Shown: in pieces, positions 42,739 through 53,715 of the stretch | Position numbering within the stretch: the first letter of the stretch is position 1 | Layout of the letters: each line of letters starts with the position of its first letter | Source of the DNA: Candidatus Kapaibacterium sp. | Lineage (GTDB): Bacteria; Bacteroidota; Ignavibacteria; Kapaibacteriales; UBA2268 | Length of the DNA stretch: 64,000 nucleotides | Direction of reading: 5' to 3' | Assembly (NCBI GenBank): GCA_963664875.1 | Contig: OY761611.1 | Location: 480,001-544,000, forward strand | Made by a program: the position numbers and the translations under genes | The notes under the pieces: generated by a model | Databases searched by the model: none | What the model saw: the letters and a program-made list of their open reading frames with translations, nothing else | What the model was told of the DNA's origin: nothing

Positions 42739-43977
42739 TTATTTTTTTATAGCTTTGGCAACTAACGCTGCAGCCTGCTCAAAGTTTTCGGCTACTTCAA
42801 ATTTCATTCCTGAATTGCGTAGTGTTTCAGCTCCTTCTTTGGCATTTGTACCGTCAAGTCTTACGATAACCGGCAAAGTTATTTCTATATTTTGCAATGC
42901 CTGAACTATCCCATCGGCTACTTTGTCACATCGAACGATTCCACCAAATATATTTATCAGAACTGCTTCTACGTTAGAATCACTTAACATAATTCGGAAA
43001 GCATTTGCAATTCTTTCAACATTTGCTCCACCACCAACATCTAAGAAGTTAGCAGGTTCGCCACCTGAAAGTTTAATCATATCCATGGTAGCCATAGCAA
43101 GCCCGGCACCATTGACCATACAGCCAACATTACCATCTAATTTGATATAATTCAAATCGAATTTTGAAGCTTCCACCTCTAAAGGAGATTCTTCAGCTTC
43201 ATCTCTTAAATGAACGAAATCAGGATGTCTGTAAAGTGCATTATCATCAAAATTTACTTTAGCATCTAATGCTATCATTTTTTGATCTTCTGTAAGTACT
43301 AACGGATTTATCTCCATTAGAGAACAATCCATTGCTTCATAGGCTCGCACAAGGTTATTTATAAAAGGCAAAAAGCTTTTTAGTGCTTCACCTTCGAGTC
43401 CTAAACCAAATGCCAATCTACGGGCTTGATAGGCTTGAAAACCAATTTTTGGATCTATAGTTTCTTTGATTATCAAATGAGGTGTTTCTTCAGCAACTTT
43501 TTCGATTTCGACACCTCCCTCGGTAGAAACCATAACTGTATTTTTACCTGATTGGCGATCTAACACAATACCTGCATAAAACTCTTTAGAAATTGCTACA
43601 CCTTCTTCTATCAATAGTCTATTAACTATGCTACCTTCTTCTCCGGTCTGAATAGTAACTAACTTATTGCCCAACATTGCATCTGCATATTGATGGATTT
43701 TATCTGCAAGGTTTTCACCTTTTATCAGATTAACGCCTTTAACTTCTTTATCATCAATAATTTTAGCATCATTTGTTTCAGCATCAAAAATAGTTCCTTT
43801 GCCTCTACCACCGGCATGCACTTGAGCTTTGATTACTACAAGTTTGTGCCCCTTAGCTTCAAACTCATCAAAACCAACTTTTCCTGCGTCATAAGCAGAA
43901 AACACTACCTGATTGAAGAGTACTGGAACATTATACTTTTTTAGCAGGTCTTTAGCCTGATATTCATGGATTTTCAT
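42739..43977 (-). CDS. sucC: Succinate-CoA ligase beta subunit
   Basis: 'MKIHEYQAK', 'KAQVHAGGRGKG', 'STEGGVEIE', 'EINPL', 'NGAGLAMATMD', 'NFLDVGGG', 'NIFGGIVRCD'. Confidence 0.98.
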   Translation of the reverse strand: MKIHEYQAKDLLKKYNVPVLFNQVVFSAYDAGKVGFDEFEAKGHKLVVIKAQVHAGGRGKGTIFDAETNDAKIIDDKEVKGVNLIKGENLADKIHQYADAMLGNKLVTIQTGEEGSIVNRLLIEEGVAISKEFYAGIVLDRQSGKNTVMVSTEGGVEIEKVAEETPHLIIKETIDPKIGFQAYQARRLAFGLGLEGEALKSFLPFINNLVRAYEAMDCSLMEINPLVLTEDQKMIALDAKVNFDDNALYRHPDFVHLRDEAEESPLEVEASKFDLNYIKLDGNVGCMVNGAGLAMATMDMIKLSGGEPANFLDVGGGANVERIANAFRIMLSDSNVEAVLINIFGGIVRCDKVADGIVQALQNIEITLPVIVRLDGTNAKEGAETLRNSGMKFEVAENFEQAAALVAKAIKK

Positions 43978-44183
43978 ATTGTTTCCGCTATGTATGATAA
44001 ATTTCTGTTTAACTATCATAGTTCTAATCGAATCCAACCGAATTTTATTTTATATACGTGAATAGCTTTTGAATACTTTTTTTGTTTTTATAGAGCTAAT
44101 AACAAATTTATGCTTTCGTAGATTTTTTGTACTTTTGTATAAAGAATGATAATTAGGCAATAAAATACTGCAAGGAATTGATA

Positions 44184-45875
44184 ATGGCTCAAGAATTGAA
44201 TGCAACGGAAAACAAGCCTGTTTCCAACTTTATTCGTACCATCATAGATAAAGATCTTGAAACTAACAAATACGAAGGGAGAGTGCACACTCGCTTCCCA
44301 CCCGAACCTAATGGTTATTTGCATATAGGACATGCAAAATCTATTTGTTTGAATTTTGGCATTTCTATAGATTACAAAGGTTTGTGCAATCTTCGTTTTG
44401 ACGATACAAATCCTGTAAAAGAAGATGTCGAATATGTAGATTCTATTCAAGAAGATGTCAGATGGCTTGGTTTTGATTGGGATAACAGAATGTATTATGC
44501 ATCTGACTATTTTGATCAGCTTTTTGAGCATGCCATTACTTTGATAAAAAAAGGTAAAGCTTATGTTGATGATCTTACTGCCGAAGAAATTAGACAATAC
44601 AGAGGCACATTGAAAGAACCGGGTAAAGAATCTCCGTACAGGAATCGCTCTGTAGAAGAAAACCTTCAATTATTTATGGACATGAAAGAAGGTGTTTACG
44701 AAGATGGAAGCAAAGTACTTAGAGCAAAAATAGATATGGCTTCTCCTAATTTGAATATGAGAGACCCGGTTGTTTACCGCATCAAAAAAGCTCATCACCA
44801 TAGAACCGGTGATAAATGGTGTATTTATCCAATGTACGATTTTACTCATTGTGTTTCCGATTCAATAGAAACAATCACACATTCTCTTTGTACTTTAGAA
44901 TTTGAAGATCATAGACCTCTTTATGATTGGTTTTTGATAGAATTAGATTTATACAGACCTCAACAAATCGAATTTGCAAGATTAAACTTGTCTTATACAG
45001 TACTAAGCAAAAGAAAACTATTACAATTAGTCCAGGAAAAACATGTTTCAGGTTGGGACGATCCTCGTATGCCTACAATCAGCGGCATTAGAAGACGCGG
45101 CTATACTCCGGAATCTATTAGAGTTTTTGCTGATAAAATCGGTGTTGCAAAAGCAGATAGCGTTGTTGATCTTGCTTTGCTTGAAAGTTGCATTAGAGAA
45201 GATTTGAATAAATCAGCAAACAGGATTATGGGAGTGCTTGACCCATTAAAAGTTACAATTACTAATTTCCCTGATAATGAAACTGTATGGGTAGATGCTG
45301 TCAACAATCCTGAAGATGAAACTGCAGGTACTCGTTTGGTTCCTTTTACTAAAGAACTATATATTGAAAAAGAAGATTTTATGGAAAATCCTCCTAAAAA
45401 GTTTTTTAGACTCTCTCCGGGAACTGAAGTTAGATTGAGATATGGATTTTTTATTACCTGCAATGAAGTAGTCAAAGATGAAAACGGCGAAGTAATAGAA
45501 TTGAAATGTTCTTACGATCCTGCATCTAAAGGTGGAAACTCACCGGACGGAAGAAAAGTAAAAGCAACATTGCACTGGGTTTCTGCCGAACATGCTGTTC
45601 CATGTAAAGTTCGATTATACGATAATCTGTTTATGGTGGAAAATCCTAATAAAGTTGAAGAAGGCAAAACATTTCTAGATAATATCAATCCAGATTCTTT
45701 GTCAGAAATAACAGGATTTTTGGAACCATCTGTAAAAGAAGGGAAAGTAGGCTCAAAATACCAATTCGAAAGATTAGGTTATTTTGCAATCGACAAAGAC
45801 ACTACAGATGAAACTATTGTTTTCAATAGAACTGTAACGCTCAAAGACACTTGGAAAAAAATCCAAAACAGATAA
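44184..45875 (+). CDS. glnS: Glutamine--tRNA ligase
   Basis: '[17 protein letters not shown]', 'LRFDDTNP', 'SLCTLEF', 'LSKRKL', 'QFERLGYF', '[11 protein letters not shown]'. Confidence 0.98.
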   Translation: MAQELNATENKPVSNFIRTIIDKDLETNKYEGRVHTRFPPEPNGYLHIGHAKSICLNFGISIDYKGLCNLRFDDTNPVKEDVEYVDSIQEDVRWLGFDWDNRMYYASDYFDQLFEHAITLIKKGKAYVDDLTAEEIRQYRGTLKEPGKESPYRNRSVEENLQLFMDMKEGVYEDGSKVLRAKIDMASPNLNMRDPVVYRIKKAHHHRTGDKWCIYPMYDFTHCVSDSIETITHSLCTLEFEDHRPLYDWFLIELDLYRPQQIEFARLNLSYTVLSKRKLLQLVQEKHVSGWDDPRMPTISGIRRRGYTPESIRVFADKIGVAKADSVVDLALLESCIREDLNKSANRIMGVLDPLKVTITNFPDNETVWVDAVNNPEDETAGTRLVPFTKELYIEKEDFMENPPKKFFRLSPGTEVRLRYGFFITCNEVVKDENGEVIELKCSYDPASKGGNSPDGRKVKATLHWVSAEHAVPCKVRLYDNLFMVENPNKVEEGKTFLDNINPDSLSEITGFLEPSVKEGKVGSKYQFERLGYFAIDKDTTDETIVFNRTVTLKDTWKKIQNR

Positions 45876-45884
45876 GAAATATTT

Positions 45885-45914
45885 AGAGGAGTAATCGGTT
45901 TTACTCCTCTTTTT
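45885..45914 (+). terminator. Intrinsic terminator after glnS
   Basis: AGAGGAGTAA/TTACTCCTCT stem plus T-tract. Confidence 0.85.
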
Positions 45915-45924
45915 ATTTAAACAG

Positions 45925-45957
45925 AAAAAAGAAACCTATTTAATAGATTTCTTTTTT
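45925..45957 (-). terminator. Probable terminator after tRNA-Ser
   Basis: AAAAAAGAAA-CCTATT..AATAG-ATTTCTTTTTT imperfect hairpin immediately 3' of the tRNA. Confidence 0.5.
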
Positions 45958-45961
45958 ATTG

Positions 45962-46048
45962 CAGAAAGAAGGGGATTCGAACCCCTGATACCGTTGCCGG
46001 TATACTCGCTTTCCAGGCGAGCCAGTTCAACCACTCCTGCACCTTTCT
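45962..46048 (-). tRNA. tRNA-Ser (GGA)
   Basis: The reverse complement folds into a cloverleaf: acceptor AGAAAGG/TCTTTCT, anticodon arm CTCGC-CTGGAAA-GCGAG, long variable arm, GGTTCGAATCC T-arm, G discriminator. CCA is not encoded. TATATTTG promoter at 46056-46063. Confidence 0.97.
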
Positions 46049-46154
46049 ATGATTTCAAATATACAATATTTATAGAAAACAAACAAATCCCAAAATTTGA
46101 TTTTTGGCACAATATTTTTAGTATCTTTGTATAATCATTACTCTTAATATTGCC

Positions 46155-47201
46155 ATGAACAGACGTAATTTCATAAAATCTATAGCATATACGACAATTG
46201 CTGGTGCAGTTGCCACTAAAAGTGTCAAATCACAATCTTTATCTTTTAACAACAACACTTCTACAAAATATTTTAAACCTGAAGGTTTGAAAGAAGGAGA
46301 TAAAGTAGCAATTGTTTCTCCGGCAAGCCCTACAAGTATGTGGTCGGTGCATAAATGTGCCAATTACTTCAGAAGGTTAGGGATTGAAGTAGAACACAGC
46401 CCTTCCGTCAGCGGACAGAAAAATCAACATAATTATTTTTCTGCTCCTGATGAAGACAGAGCAAAAGAATTTATGGATTATATTAAAAGAAAAGATATTA
46501 AGGCACTCATCGCTGCTCGGGGCGGCTATGGTTCACCAAGGATTTTAAACCTATTAGACTATAATGTGATAAAAGAAAATCCCAAAATTATTCTGGGTTA
46601 TTCTGATATTACTGCTCTTTTAAATGCGATCACTCATCAAACTGGCATGATTACTTATCACGGACCGGTTGCATCATCAGAGTTTTCAGGAATTGAAGGC
46701 GATTCATTACAAAGGTGTATATTCCAGTCTTCTGAAGATAAAACTTACGCAATTAAGGACAGCCAAATGTGGTCGTTGGTTCCCGGAAAAGCAAGCGGTG
46801 AAATTGTCGGAGGTAATTTGTCTATTATTACAGGTCTTTTAGGAACACCTTACGATATAGATTTTACCGGCAAAATTGTTGCTTTAGAGGAAACAAGAGA
46901 GGCACAATACAAAATAGATAAAATGCTTACTCAATTAGTTCTATCCGGCAAACTGCATAGTGCTGCCGGTATTATACTCGGGCAATTCAATAATTTGAAT
47001 TCACGTCGTCCGTTTTTTCCTAATCGCTCTCTAACTGTGAAAGAAATTCTTGACCAACTGATTAAGCCGATAGGAAAACCAACTATTTACGGTGTCCCTT
47101 TTGGTCATATAGATAACCAATACACCCTCCCTATTGGTGGAATGGCAACTATAGACGCTATAAACAAAAGTGTTTATCTTGAGGATAGTTATGTAGTATA
47201 A
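46155..47201 (+). CDS. S66 family LD-carboxypeptidase with Tat signal peptide
   Basis: 'NRRNFIK' twin-arginine motif; 'RGGYG', 'GYSD', 'GGNL', 'LEE', 'FGH' catalytic motifs. Confidence 0.93.
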   Translation: MNRRNFIKSIAYTTIAGAVATKSVKSQSLSFNNNTSTKYFKPEGLKEGDKVAIVSPASPTSMWSVHKCANYFRRLGIEVEHSPSVSGQKNQHNYFSAPDEDRAKEFMDYIKRKDIKALIAARGGYGSPRILNLLDYNVIKENPKIILGYSDITALLNAITHQTGMITYHGPVASSEFSGIEGDSLQRCIFQSSEDKTYAIKDSQMWSLVPGKASGEIVGGNLSIITGLLGTPYDIDFTGKIVALEETREAQYKIDKMLTQLVLSGKLHSAAGIILGQFNNLNSRRPFFPNRSLTVKEILDQLIKPIGKPTIYGVPFGHIDNQYTLPIGGMATIDAINKSVYLEDSYVV

Positions 47202-47225
47202 GAATATTGATTGTAGCTTTTTTTA

Positions 47226-48530
47226 TTAGCTATTATTCTCAACATATATTATGCCTTTAGCAACATTTACTTTGATTAAAAGTATTATACCAAGAATGAA
47301 GAATAATACTAAGGACAATATAGCAAACCTATAAGAACCGGAAAACTGCAGTGAAAGTCCAAATAGTAAAGGACCTAACCAACTTGTCCCCCTTTCTGAA
47401 ACTTCATAAAGACTGAAGTATTCAGCTTCTTTGTTTTTTGGTATTAGTTTTGAATAAAGTGAACGACTGAGAGCTTGTGTTCCTCCCATGACCAAGCCAA
47501 CAACTATGCCCAGTATATAAAATCCGGTTGCATCATACAATCCAACATAAGCATAGGTTATAGCTGCGAGCCAAATGAAAAGGGTAATCATCAAGGATAC
47601 TTTAGTGTTTGTTTTAGCAGCGATATAATTGAATAATATTGCTCCGCCGAAAGCAACAAATTGAACAATCAGAATTACTTGTGTTAACACTGAAATATCT
47701 AAGCCAAGTTCTTCTTGTCCAAATTGGGAAGATAAAGCGATAACAGCTTGAACTCCATCATTATAAAGCAAATATGCTAAAAGAAAAGTCAATGTTATCG
47801 GATATTTTTTTGCCTCAGTGAATGTTGTCTTCAGTTCTCTGAAACCGATATTCCACAAACTACTTTCTTTAGGAATATTTCTGGTTGCATTCCTTTTTTT
47901 TAGCCAAAACATTGGGAATAATGAGAATATTGCCCACCAAATACCTGCGGAGCACAGATTGATTCGAATAGCCATACCTGTTGACAAACCCAAACTTTCT
48001 GCTTGAGAAAACAACATTAGGTTTAAGAACAATAAAATTCCCCCCCCTAAATAACCGGTCGCCCAACCAAGAGATGAAACAGAATCCCGTTCATCTTTTT
48101 CCGAAATGTCATTTAGATATGCATTATACATAACCATAGAAATTCCAAATGCTAAATTTGCAATGACAAAGAGAAATCCGCCAAGAAGATAATTATTTCC
48201 CTCAAGAAAAAACATCCCCATAGTAGCAAATGAGCCTAAGTATGAAAATATTGCAAGCAAAGCTTTCTTTTGGTTTGTGTAATCCGCTACGGCTCCTAAA
48301 AGAGGAAGAAAAAGCACTTGAAGCAAAACAGAAAAAGAAACTACATAGGGAAAATAGGAACCATAATAGATATGCATGCCCAATAAGTTCAAATTGCCAT
48401 TTACATCTGCAGCATTTTCAGCTATTGATGTAAGATAAGGACCAATGAAAACCGTTACAACTGTTGCCGAAAAGGCAGAAATTGCCCAATCGTACATGTA
48501 CCATCCTATTCTTTCTTTTCTGTTACTCAT
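47226..48530 (-). CDS. MFS transporter (Atg22/UMF1-like)
   Basis: 'GWYMYDWA.SAF', 'YNAYL', 'LYNDGV', 'GGTQALSRSLY', 'EYFSLY'; about 12 TM helices. Confidence 0.9.
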   Translation of the reverse strand: MSNRKERIGWYMYDWAISAFSATVVTVFIGPYLTSIAENAADVNGNLNLLGMHIYYGSYFPYVVSFSVLLQVLFLPLLGAVADYTNQKKALLAIFSYLGSFATMGMFFLEGNNYLLGGFLFVIANLAFGISMVMYNAYLNDISEKDERDSVSSLGWATGYLGGGILLFLNLMLFSQAESLGLSTGMAIRINLCSAGIWWAIFSLFPMFWLKKRNATRNIPKESSLWNIGFRELKTTFTEAKKYPITLTFLLAYLLYNDGVQAVIALSSQFGQEELGLDISVLTQVILIVQFVAFGGAILFNYIAAKTNTKVSLMITLFIWLAAITYAYVGLYDATGFYILGIVVGLVMGGTQALSRSLYSKLIPKNKEAEYFSLYEVSERGTSWLGPLLFGLSLQFSGSYRFAILSLVLFFILGIILLIKVNVAKGIIYVENNS

Positions 48531-48560
48531 CTGTTTTCCGTTTATAGTTTTAGCAAAAAT

Positions 48561-48594
48561 AAAAAAAAGCAGAATGAAAATATTCTGCTTTTTT
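48561..48594 (-). terminator. Intrinsic terminator after aldehyde dehydrogenase
   Basis: AAAAAAGCAGAAT/ATTCTGCTTTTTT inverted repeat. Confidence 0.75.
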
Positions 48595-48635
48595 GTCTTA
48601 ACTAAATTTTGACACTCTGTTATATTGCGAAGACA

Positions 48636-50069
48636 TCATATTTGGTAGTTTTTAATTACAATTAGTTTTTCTTCTGTCATATCATTTATAGAGTATTTGA
48701 CACCACCAACATGTAATCCGGAATCTTTAGCACCGCCAAAAGGCATCCAATCCACCCTAAATGCAGTATGGTCATTGATTATGCAAGCTTTAGTTTCAAT
48801 AGTTTTTGCATAGTACATTGCAGTATCTATATCTTGCGTAAATATTGAAGTCTGAAATGAAAACTCTGTTCTGTTGACAGTCCTAATAACATCTTCCAAA
48901 TCATTGTATCGTATAACTGAAACTACTGGTCCAAAAATCTCTTTGTTATAAACCTTCATAGATGGTGCTACATTTTCGAGAATTGTAGGAATATAGCAAC
49001 TAACATTATGTCTATGACCACCTTTTCTAAGTTTCGCACCTTGGCTAATGGCTTCCATTATCCAATCATCAACCCTATCAAGTTCGCTTTTATTGATTAT
49101 AGGACCTACGTCAGTAGAGTTATCAGTAGGATCGCCTGTCTTTAAAGCTCCCACCTGTTCTGCAAACTCTTCTAAAAATTCTGAATATATGGACTCATGC
49201 ACATATATGTTTTGAGTAGAAACACAAACTTGCCCAGCGTGGTAAAAGCTACCTTTTACTAATGCAGGTATTGCTCTGTCCAATCTTGCGAGTCTATCTA
49301 CTGCACACACAGCAGTGCCACCATGCTCTAATTCGAGACGGACTCCGGGTTTGATTATACGCTGTAAATTCCAACCTACTTCCGCACTACCAATGAAAGT
49401 AATAAATCTAATCCGCGAATCAGTAACAAGTTTCTCGGTTTCTTTTCCGGGTACGACGAGTAAACTAATAACCCCATCTGCTAAACCAGCCTTTTTAAAG
49501 AAATCTACAATCTTAATTGCAGAGACAGGAGTTTGGCTTGCAGGTTTAACAATGACTGTGTTACCGGCTGCAAACGCTGTTGCTACTTGGTGACAGATAA
49601 GATTTACAGGATGATTAAATGCAGAAATAGCAAGTACAGGGCCAACACCTTGCTTAATTGTATAAGCAGTATGATTTTCACTACCTTTAGCTCTATCCAT
49701 TGTTATCTGTTCGCCATTCAAACGGAGAGCCTCTTCAGCAGACATCCTTGTTGTATTCACGGCTCGCAAAACTTCTACTCGTGCGTCTTTGATTGGTTTG
49801 CCACCCTCCAAAGCAATAGTCATTGCAAGGTCTTCAACATTTTTTTCAATCAGGTCTGCTACCTTTCTTAATATTTGAGCTCTCTCCCAAGCCGGCTTTT
49901 TTTTCATTGTATGCTCAAAATGGAATTGAGCATTCTGTAAAGCTTGCTCTATAGTCTCATCATTACCTTTTTCAATCATAGCAACGGGTTTAAAATCATA
50001 AGGCGATTTTATTTCAGTCCAGTCATTAGTAGGTTTTGCATTATGCACTCGCAAAGAGTATTTTTCCAT
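48636..50069 (-). CDS. Aldehyde dehydrogenase family protein (LEHGG type, RL0313-like)
   Basis: 'FNHP', 'KPAS', 'FIGS', 'LEHGG', catalytic 'GQVCVS', 'EIFGPV', 'PFGG.K.SG'. Confidence 0.93.
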   Translation of the reverse strand: MEKYSLRVHNAKPTNDWTEIKSPYDFKPVAMIEKGNDETIEQALQNAQFHFEHTMKKKPAWERAQILRKVADLIEKNVEDLAMTIALEGGKPIKDARVEVLRAVNTTRMSAEEALRLNGEQITMDRAKGSENHTAYTIKQGVGPVLAISAFNHPVNLICHQVATAFAAGNTVIVKPASQTPVSAIKIVDFFKKAGLADGVISLLVVPGKETEKLVTDSRIRFITFIGSAEVGWNLQRIIKPGVRLELEHGGTAVCAVDRLARLDRAIPALVKGSFYHAGQVCVSTQNIYVHESIYSEFLEEFAEQVGALKTGDPTDNSTDVGPIINKSELDRVDDWIMEAISQGAKLRKGGHRHNVSCYIPTILENVAPSMKVYNKEIFGPVVSVIRYNDLEDVIRTVNRTEFSFQTSIFTQDIDTAMYYAKTIETKACIINDHTAFRVDWMPFGGAKDSGLHVGGVKYSINDMTEEKLIVIKNYQI

Positions 50070-50200
50070 ATCTCTACCCTGATTATTTCAATCTGCAAAA
50101 TTCGGTCATTGATAATATAAATTTAAAACCTTTCAGCAAAGAATGCAACAAATATATTTTTTTTCGGTATAAAGCAGATATCTATTATTATATTTGCGTT

Positions 50201-52180
50201 ATGAAATACAGACATATCATATTTATTCTCTTTTGCTTTTTAGCATTGAATCTACAATCGCAAGATACTGATACTACAATGCACAAAGACAGTAAAGAAA
50301 CTATAGAAGTAGCTATTCCTGATAGTTTACTTTCCATTCCTCTTAATTTGCACGGGAAGCTTCAAAACTTTGGATCTATCCCTTCATATATATTGAATAA
50401 AAAAGATTTACAGACAATCGTTTATCGTGATTTTAGTGATATTTTATACTCTAAGCTGCCGGTATATAAATTGTCATTAGGAAATTTTGGGATGTTCAAT
50501 TCGATTTATTATTTAGGTTTGATGCCAAATAACATAGATTATTCTCACAATGGCAGATCAATTTTAGACAAAAACTTTTTATCTCTTAATCTCTCGCAGA
50601 TTTCTCACGAGGATTTTGAAAATCTTGAGTTTATTGAAGGTTTTGAAGCTGTTGTCTTATCTCCACTTGGTTCAAATGTTTTGATTAATACTCAAGAAAA
50701 AATATTCAATACCAAAAATCCATATACGCGTCTGTGGTTTTCACAGGCAGGATTTGGGCATTTAGCATCTGACGGAATTTATAGTGCTAATTTTGCACCA
50801 AATTGGAATTTTACTTTTGGATACAAAGGGCAAACCGCACAAGGGCAGTTTGACAATGATTATTTTTCTTTTTGGAACGTTCGGCTGCGTTTAAGATGGA
50901 ACCCTTCTAACAAGACATCAATATCGTTAAATGATAACTTTACGAACCATAAGTCCGGCATTTCAGGTGGCATGAACGAAAAAACAAGCATAGACGGCTC
51001 AGGAAATATTTATCTTTATAGCCCAATCTATGCAAATCAAAACTTGACGGATGCATTAGAGAGAAACTACAGACACAATGTTGATTTGAATGTGACTTCT
51101 GACTTGAGCGACGATTCGACTTCCATACTCAACGCAGGATTATATTTCTCGAATATTCTATGGCGTTTCGAAGCTCCTAAAGAAGAGAGGATAGACACAA
51201 ATTCAAATGAAATAAATGAGTTTAGAATAAACCAATTTGGGTTATTTTCTAAATATGCTTTCCGTTATTTAGACTTTGTTCAAATAAATATTGGCGGAGA
51301 GCTTTCATATCACAATATTCCTGCAAGTGATGCTTGGGATAGCTATAAGAATGCTGAATATTCTGTGTTTGGTCTTGCTAATCTGTTTATTTCGGATGAT
51401 ATTCAATTATCAGGTGGTTTAAGACAAGCATATCTTCTTGATAATTTAAACGTTTCCTTTGGTTCGAAACTCTTGTATAATATCAATGACTTCTCAAATT
51501 CGTTTTTAGATTTTTCTTATACTGAGCAGTCACCTTCTCCGGCTCAAGGATTAGACTTGAACAAAGCTGATATTACCAGCTTCCTTTTTGCGTATAATTA
51601 TCACATTCCGGCGTACTTTATAGAAACAAAGCTTGCTTTCAGAGTATTCAATTCTCCAATAATTTCAAAGGCTGTTTACAGAGAAGAAACTATAGTAAGT
51701 GCTTATTCTTTCAATGGGGATAACAAAAATATTATTTCGGGAAGTTTGAGTACAGGAATAAATATGCAACCTGACTTTATGGGAGATTCTGATTTATTAA
51801 CTCTGTTAATGGTTTTAAATTACGATAAAGACAACAGCAATTACAAAACAGTACCGGAATATCAAGTTAATCTTGGAGCTAAGTATGATTTTACAATCGG
51901 AAGAAGTAAACTTTTTTCCGGTATAAACATCTCCTTCTTGCCTCCTTTTACCGGGCTTAGATATATCCCACAAAAGAGAGTATATGCGATATTAGATACT
52001 CCAACCGAAACAAAATTCAAGTTTAATGGCATAGATGCCTATGTTATTCTCAAACTTGGTTCTGCTTATGTAAAACTTGCCATGGACAATATTATGGGAC
52101 AGGAATATTATTATGTTCCATATTATCCTGCACTACAAAGAAATTTTAATCTATCATTTGCCTGGACTTTTTTGGATTAG
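50201..52180 (+). CDS. Outer-membrane beta-barrel protein with degenerate plug-like N-terminus
   Basis: Signal peptide from ATG 50201; 'KNPYTRL' start of the barrel; amphipathic strands; C-terminus 'FAWTFLD'. Confidence 0.7.
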   Translation: MKYRHIIFILFCFLALNLQSQDTDTTMHKDSKETIEVAIPDSLLSIPLNLHGKLQNFGSIPSYILNKKDLQTIVYRDFSDILYSKLPVYKLSLGNFGMFNSIYYLGLMPNNIDYSHNGRSILDKNFLSLNLSQISHEDFENLEFIEGFEAVVLSPLGSNVLINTQEKIFNTKNPYTRLWFSQAGFGHLASDGIYSANFAPNWNFTFGYKGQTAQGQFDNDYFSFWNVRLRLRWNPSNKTSISLNDNFTNHKSGISGGMNEKTSIDGSGNIYLYSPIYANQNLTDALERNYRHNVDLNVTSDLSDDSTSILNAGLYFSNILWRFEAPKEERIDTNSNEINEFRINQFGLFSKYAFRYLDFVQINIGGELSYHNIPASDAWDSYKNAEYSVFGLANLFISDDIQLSGGLRQAYLLDNLNVSFGSKLLYNINDFSNSFLDFSYTEQSPSPAQGLDLNKADITSFLFAYNYHIPAYFIETKLAFRVFNSPIISKAVYREETIVSAYSFNGDNKNIISGSLSTGINMQPDFMGDSDLLTLLMVLNYDKDNSNYKTVPEYQVNLGAKYDFTIGRSKLFSGINISFLPPFTGLRYIPQKRVYAILDTPTETKFKFNGIDAYVILKLGSAYVKLAMDNIMGQEYYYVPYYPALQRNFNLSFAWTFLD

Positions 52181-52219
52181 CAATACAATATTAGGCATAC
52201 AATTTGCATCTATCATAGT

Positions 52220-53713
52220 ATGATAAAATATTTGTACTTAATATTGCTGATTCTTATTTTAAATTCGTGCGTAGAAATCCCGAATGAATTGGTCATGCCC
52301 GAATGGGATGTTGAAGTAAATTTGCCAATTACTGACAGATTTTACAACATTGATAGTCTCCTAAAGGATAGCGAGTATGGGCAAATAGAAAAAATTGGCA
52401 ATTATTATATTTATTCGTTTTATAGTGATACACTTCGATACGTAAATGGTATCTCTTCTTTCTTAGAAAATAAATTAGATTTCGAATTTATAAATTACTC
52501 ATTTCCTTTATCATCTGGTTCAATAACCATTAATATCCCTCTTCCAGATAGTATTTATATCGAAAGCTTAAAATTCCTTTCCGGGTCTTTTACTTTAGAT
52601 ATTCTTAATATGTCTGACAAAGATTTTACTTATTCCTTTTCATTTAACGACTTTACGAATTCAGGCAATAAGATTACATTTAATTCCAACATTGCAAATT
52701 ATGAAAGCAAGCAACATCATCTCTCTTTAGAAAATGTATTATTTTCTCCAACTCAAAAAAACAACATTACTCTAAAACTTGAAGCAGAAGGTAATTTCAT
52801 TTCAAATCAAGATTCTGCAAGAATATCGTTTAAACTTAAAAATACAATGATTGAATATGTCAATGGAATTCTTCCACCTACATACATCAAAGACATATCA
52901 GAATCTATAAGCATTGATTTAGATGAAAGACTTGATGATTTCCGTAACAATATTAAAATTGCAGGTGCAGAGCTCTTTCTCGAATCTAAATATATATCAA
53001 ATTACCCTAATTCGCCTGAAGTGCTGCTATCACAGCTAAATATCAATGGTTATTATAACTCAGAGATTTTGAACTTTGAAGAGAATTCAAATCCTAATTT
53101 GAATGACTTATATTTAGAGAATAAAAGTCTCATCAAAAGCTATAATGAGCAAAATTCAAATATTAACAGCTTCCTTTCCTATTTACCTAATCGCATAGAA
53201 TTCAAAGGTAATTGTTTGATAAATCCAAAAAACAAAATGCTTGAGGCATCAATTGAGGATTCTATATCTGTCTTAGCCTTTATTAAAGCTCCTCTTAGTC
53301 TGAGCATTGATACAATATCGATTAGAGACACAATAGAACACGATATAGGATCAGAAAAAGAAAATTTGAGCAATGCTAATAAAGCAACTTTGTTTTCAAA
53401 AATTATAAATGGTCTCCCTTTGCAGATTCATTCTGATATTTCTATTGTAGATGAAAACTATAATAATGTAGTAAATAAAACAATCAATCTCAGCTCAGCT
53501 CAAATTATAAACGAATTCGAGTATTTAGCATCATCAAACGACATTGAGATTGAATTGGATTCTGCAGATCTTGATAGAATTAGCAAAAGCTTTTTCGTCA
53601 TTTATAATCTGCAAATCATCGGACAAGGTAATGAGGTTAACTATTTCAAAGCAAGTGATGGAATTGATATCAAGTCCTATCTTAAAGTTGATTATCGGTT
53701 CAAGGAAGATTAG
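52220..53713 (+). CDS. Lipoprotein, beta-rich, unknown function
   Basis: Lipobox 'LNSC'; 'P.WDVEVNLP'; 'PLSL'; 'NGLPL' motifs. Confidence 0.7.
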   Translation: MIKYLYLILLILILNSCVEIPNELVMPEWDVEVNLPITDRFYNIDSLLKDSEYGQIEKIGNYYIYSFYSDTLRYVNGISSFLENKLDFEFINYSFPLSSGSITINIPLPDSIYIESLKFLSGSFTLDILNMSDKDFTYSFSFNDFTNSGNKITFNSNIANYESKQHHLSLENVLFSPTQKNNITLKLEAEGNFISNQDSARISFKLKNTMIEYVNGILPPTYIKDISESISIDLDERLDDFRNNIKIAGAELFLESKYISNYPNSPEVLLSQLNINGYYNSEILNFEENSNPNLNDLYLENKSLIKSYNEQNSNINSFLSYLPNRIEFKGNCLINPKNKMLEASIEDSISVLAFIKAPLSLSIDTISIRDTIEHDIGSEKENLSNANKATLFSKIINGLPLQIHSDISIVDENYNNVVNKTINLSSAQIINEFEYLASSNDIEIELDSADLDRISKSFFVIYNLQIIGQGNEVNYFKASDGIDIKSYLKVDYRFKED

Positions 53714-53715
53714 AT

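Noticed and set aside
44088-44669. 193-aa minus-strand ORF
   Set aside because: Antisense shadow of conserved glnS with no recognisable motifs
45876-46154. tRNA-Ser as an island integration site
   Set aside because: No integrase nearby and no duplicated tRNA 3' end seen; flanked by housekeeping genes
50036-50200. N-terminal extension of the outer-membrane protein ORF (similar extensions for sucC, uvrC, the SDR and the MCP at 30038)
   Set aside because: Downstream ATGs give proper signal peptides or family-typical N-termini; the extensions overlap promoters or other genes
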